Shown here piece after piece: positions 59,246 to 64,000 of a stretch of DNA of 64,000 nucleotides (within the stretch, counting starts at the first letter, position 1; each line of letters starts with the position of its first letter). The notes under the pieces were generated by a model. That model was not told where the DNA came from and ran no database searches. It saw only the letters and a program-made list of their open reading frames with translations. The position numbers and the translations under genes are program-made. Origin of the DNA: Amoebophrya sp. A120 (lineage: Eukaryota > Protista > Dinoflagellata); NCBI GenBank assembly GCA_905178155.1, contig CAJINV010000007.1, positions 4,584,917-4,648,916 of the forward strand. The letters are read 5' to 3'.

Positions 59246-60653
59246 TTAACCGCTGTAGGGAGTGCACAGACCGCTGGCGTTGCCGGCGCCGGAGGCCACC
59301 ACCAATCCGATGATCAACCCGTACAGACCCAGAGCCTCGGCGAAGATCAAGATCAGGATCATGCCGACGAACAGTCGTGTCTGTGGTTTAGGCGGTCTTT
59401 GATGTGTGTCGTTCTTCTTCGGTATATTCGCAATCGTTCAAGGAACTACTGGCCTAGGATGCGACCCTTCAAGAAAGCAGTTATGCATCTCCTAGATTCG
59501 ACTATGCAGTACTAAATAATAATCACCATTGTCTTAGAGAAGTGAGTACCTGCTGTGCGTTTGCCCTGACACCGGCGTCACCGACGATACCAATGGCGAG
59601 ACCTGCAGCCAATGAGCTCATGCCGACGGTCAGTCCAGCTCCGAGGTGGGCGAACCTTTGGTTAGTATTTAAATTCCAAAAATTAAAATTTTTGTTGCAC
59701 TATTGCAAACGTAAAAAAAGATCGCATTCGCTGTCGTGCTGGCGTATGTTGCCGCACGAAATCCACCTTGAGGGTCTATTTCAGCTGGTAAAATCCCTAA
59801 AGGAACCTATTTTCTCATGCTAAAATCCCTATACCCTTGATATGCGGAGTACTTGGCCGGCTCATTCAATTTTTCGTTGATGATAACAGATGTGATCAGA
59901 CCGTAGATACCTGGTTTTTAGATTTGGGTCTGACATTGCGTTGCACGATCAACGTAAGCAAATAAATCTCTGCTGCACGTCTATGTATTCCACATCTCGA
60001 TCCGTGCGTGATTCGATCAGTCATACGGTTCTCACTTTCCAAAAAAGAATCAGTACCGAGCACACCCGCCATGACTACTGGAATGATGGACTTCATCATC
60101 AGCTCTGGTCGCCGGTATGAAAATTAAAAAATCTAAATCGACTTTTTTTTCTGTTCGTTCTTGATGTTTCTCCAAATGACGATGATACACCGCATGACTG
60201 TGCTAGTGCGCTTTCTAAATGCGATAAAAAAAACGCTTTCTCGAATTTTGTTCACGCGAGTGCGATTCGCCAAACGCTGTGCATCTAAAGACAATCTCTA
60301 AATAAACCGCCATTTCTAGTACTACTCCGCATGACGAAAGAGTCGTTTTTAGATTCATCGCCGTAGCAGGACACCCATGGACATGATACCAACACCCGAC
60401 TTTGCTGTTCCATATGCGGCACCTGGATATGGAGGGTGACGTTTACATTTCAATTTTCCACACGACTTGGCACTTTTGATTCTTCGCATGCGAAATTTCA
60501 TTTTTTACGCGCTTACTTCGAAGGCAGCATGACACGATCGACTGAACAAAATAAAATCGGTTTTCGTATACCGAGGTTTGCGAAGACGATCGCACTGGTT
60601 ACCCCCATGAAGCCAAAAAAGCTTGACGTTGGGTCACACGGAATGACGGCCAT
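59246..60653 (-). CDS. ATP6V0C: V-type H+-ATPase 16-kDa proteolipid subunit c (169 aa), six exons
   Basis: [58 protein letters not shown]...[41 protein letters not shown] introns at 60423-60571, 59911-60056, 59656-59834 and 59381-59549, plus an introner at 60116-60365. Confidence 0.97.
60116..60365. mobile_element. Introner family E, degenerate TIR (250 bp), inside V-ATPase c
   Basis: TATGAAAATTAAAAAATCTAAATCGAC...GTCGTTTTTAGATTCATCGCCGTA; direct repeat GCCGG/GCAGG; removal restores the conserved MGVL|RPEL. Confidence 0.85.
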
Positions 60654-61253
60654 TTTTGCGAGGTGTTTTTTGGTTCGGAAAAACCAAAATGAAGCGATAC
60701 GCTTGCTCGTTCTAGGTCTCCGTCGACTGACTTACACCAGCGTTGTTTTGCGACAAGTTTAAGTATTTTGCCACGATCAAACAAATTCTGCACCAGGAAA
60801 CACGAAACAAAACGACGTCTTTGGCCGAAATTGAGATCCTTCTTCAACAATATTTTAGTCGGTGTGTACCTGCCGAGGTGTACCGCCAAACGAAGCTGTT
60901 CGCGATCTAAACAGGTGCGCTTTACTGTTACTGTTACTAGCGAAAAAAAAAACATTTGTCACAGAACACGCACTTATCAGTGAATGGGTAAAGACGCACT
61001 CGCTAAGATGAGAGAATGCTGACGCGTCTGGAACTGCGGCCGCGTGATCATGGCAGCACATTATTCCTTCACGCCCACCTGAAACAAGCTCCGCGCAGCT
61101 GTGTTCAAGAAGTTTCTCAAAACACGCTTTCATGCGGAAGCAAAGAAACCAAAGTTCAAAATCCGAAACCGAAACGTATTAAATCTTGCATCAAGCGGCG
61201 AACCGCCTCTGTTCGTGTTCCTCCTGCAACAGGAAAAACAGCACTATTTCTCC

Positions 61254-62297
61254 TCATTTCTTCTTTTTCCCGCCCTTCTTCCCGGCTTTCTTTGGTTTTT
61301 TATCCGCCGCCGCAGCTGCGGCCATCATCTCGACTATCTCCGCGCCAGTTAGGAATTTTGGCCGCGACGCAAATTCGGTTTCGAGGAACGAGACGCAGTC
61401 CCACTGGCGGAATTCCTTCGCCCAATACGCGGCGTTGTGGCCATCTAAATCCACTTCGTCCACCAGATCACGGACCGGCTGATATTTTGCGAAGAGCTGC
61501 AGAAGTTGCACCGCCTTCGACTTCGTAGTGCGCGATACTTTTATTTCCTCCTCGGCCGGTGGCGGGAAAGTTGCGCTCCAAGAGGGGTGCAGGATGGTGT
61601 CATTGGCACCTGGGGGGGCATGATGAGCATAACTCATGAAACTCAGGCCGCACAAGAAGAGTTAGAATACAACTTGCGCGCGCGGGCGCACCAGCTACAT
61701 GAATTTATCATGAGCAAAACAAATGTATTAAATGACTCCACGACCTGCAAAGACACATGCTTTTCAACCTTTTAATTTAATACCGACGAGCATGCTGTTC
61801 GTTTCCACCCCATCCTCCACCGCTGGCAAGACTACTTCCGCCGGCAAGACCGCCAAGTGCCAGATGCTCTGTCCGTTCCTGTTTACGAAGGAGACATCCA
61901 CGACGTTTTTGTGTTTGTTCGTCGTGCCTGCCATTCCGCCGGAGCCAGCTCCGAACGCGGAATTCGTGGACTTTTGCTTGGATAGAGAGGAGAGAAGAAA
62001 CGCGACTAAATCAAGGTTCTTCTGGGAAACCGCGAGGTGGAGGCATGACTGCCGCGCGCAGGTGTCGTACTGGTTCAGATCTGGGTTGTATTTGAGGAGA
62101 AGGCGAAACATCTCCATGCATGACTCGTGGCGGGAAAAATCCCAGTTGGCGATTCTTTCGTACAGACAGTTCGACCCCGTGATGGTCTTCGCGCGCTGCG
62201 CGTCCGCCTGCTTTTCCTCCAGCAGGGTCTCGACGACCTCGAGGGTTTCTGGCGTGGCGGGCTGGGTCACCCAATGGAGGAGGAGTTGGTCGCCCAT
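61254..62297 (-). CDS. Ankyrin-repeat protein (~289 aa) with Lys-rich tail; GT-AG intron 61610-61783
   Basis: Ankyrin-like segments SCLHLAVSQKNLDLVAFLL, NRNGQSIWHLA and DLDGHNAAYWA; the two ORFs join in frame. Confidence 0.8.
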
Positions 62298-63906
62298 TTT
62301 GAGGAGGAGGTAAATGCGAATACGCTGAACAAGTGAAGCTTTCGAAATCAATTCTCCAACAAAGAGCAAATGTTCTTCTGCCGGTTACGAATGAAACGCC
62401 TCTTCACAAATCAAGTCAGCAGGCCTGTTTTGCGAACGAGCTTGCTACAAACGAACTTACTATCACCAACCTCTCATGGAGCCATCCAGTTGCAAGTTAC
62501 AAGTTAGTGTCACAGCTTCATACTATCTATCTTCTTGCTCTTTTGATGTTTACTGCTGCACTCTTCGCTTTGCAATGGATAAAGATCCTGATCACCTACT
62601 TATTCTGACCACCATCACACAGGGCAGACTGGCGCATCATCAAGTCCACAAACATATAGGAAAGAAAGCGGGCTAGCAACCGAACGGACAACTTCAGATC
62701 GCTGGTTTGCTCGGATGCCCTGGACGAAGAGGCAATCAATCTGGTACACCATGCCTCGACGGACCCGGCCACCACACAGGGGCGGGCCTACTTATGTACC
62801 TTTGAAGAGCCGCTGGACCGGTTGGCTCCTGCGCGCTAAAATCCACAAAAAAAGTCAGAGTGGGCTAGCTGCCCCTGTCGAGGACGCCGCCCTCTCAGTC
62901 ACTCCGAACTTCCTATGAAGGAAGATAGGCACACAACCACGCACCAGGCCAGGCAGCCATCCAATCTCCGACCGAGGCCAATGCAGACAATGCGGGCGGC
63001 CTCCCTGCGCTCCCGCGGGGGGGCGCCCGGCGTCACCGGCCCCCCTTCGTTCCAGCCGCGCTCGCTCGGCCGCGACTGGCGGCCGCCCGGGCCGGGCAGG
63101 CAGGCACATGGATCGCCGGGGTCCGAATGCCAGGCGCCACGGCCTGCCAAGCGGGTGGGCGTGCCGGCCCGCGGGCGGGGCGGCGACCCTGCCCCGCTTG
63201 CCAGTGCCCAACTGGCCGCACGCAACTAGATTGATCGGGCGCCCCTCCGGCTCTGATCTTCCTCGTCGGCTCGGCTCCGGCAGTGTTTGTCCGGCGCGGC
63301 GAATTCTAAGTCCGCGGAAGTGCATTGTGCAGGCCATGGGGGCATTGGCGGGAACGCCCGCCGCCCCCTGCCCCCAGATGCCTGCGTAGCCGAGCCCAAG
63401 CAGGCCCACCCGACGGGGGGCGAAGCGGGCGCCGAGTGGCTTGCCGCCTTTTCTAGCCACCAGCTGAGCCACAGCCGCGCGGGCGGACGGCGCTCGGCCG
63501 ATACGAACAAACGGGCTCGCTTCCACCCTGCACGCCTAGCGTACACACTTTTTTTTTTGTTTGGCGGAATCACTGTGCAAGAGATGAAAAATGGACACGC
63601 TCGACACTCTCCTTTTCCACCTTTTCAACATTCCTCGGCTGCGCTGCCCTCGTGGATCCGCGCGACCAAAATTGCTCTCTGTGGCACGTTCTTGCGGCCC
63701 CTTCTTCTCGTGCACTCTTCGACACTCCGCACTGAGACGAACACGAATGAGCAAAAGCAGCACAATTTGTGCTCCTTTGTCAAAGGAAATAGATATCGAA
63801 GTAAAGGTAAACAACGAACCAATCGAACAAATAGGAAATCAAAGCTCTACTTTTCACTACTGTGCTTCATTGATAGTCATATCTACAATTTTATCGCAAG
63901 ACTCAC

Positions 63907-64000
63907 GAATAGTTCAATTTCGTGAATAATTCAAATTGAATAGTTCAATTTCGTGAATAGTTCAAATTGAATAGTTCAATTTCGTGAATAATTCAAATTG
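63907..64000. repeat. 31-bp tandem repeat (three copies, runs off the window)
   Basis: Unit GAATAGTTCAATTTCGTGAATARTTCAAATT starting at 63907, 63938 and 63969. Confidence 0.9.

Noticed and set aside
63907-64000. CRISPR array
   Set aside because: The repeats are head-to-tail with no unique spacers, the context is eukaryotic, and no cas genes are present.

Overview
Eukaryotic (alveolate-type) genomic DNA. Its architecture points to the parasitic dinoflagellate lineage Amoebophrya/Syndiniales, which is an inference from gene layout only. About 18 genes or gene copies all lie on the minus strand. They include a sulfotransferase, two CgeB/Glyco_trans_1_2-type glycosyltransferases, two giant RING-like proteins, a TLC-like membrane protein, a YeeE/YedE sulfur transporter, a PP2C-fold protein, the V-ATPase proteolipid c subunit and an ankyrin protein. 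Besides ordinary GT-AG introns, the coding exons are interrupted by 15 intact, 1 fused and 1 partial short (140-312 bp) transposon-like introns ('introners') from at least five families. Each intact element runs TA...TA, has terminal inverted repeats and is flanked by a 5-bp direct repeat. Removing the element plus 5 nt restores the reading frame in every intact case, although no GT-AG boundary was found in the registers checked. The families share an internal GCATGACAA motif, and two of them occur in both orientations. Their direct repeats decay only at positions 1-3. An ~8.4-kb tandem duplication has its breakpoint inside two fused introners, and its copies show empty versus filled sites and an inverted element at the same site. 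There is also a 1.1-kb TIR element with a 5-bp TSD and a 31-bp tandem repeat at the right edge.
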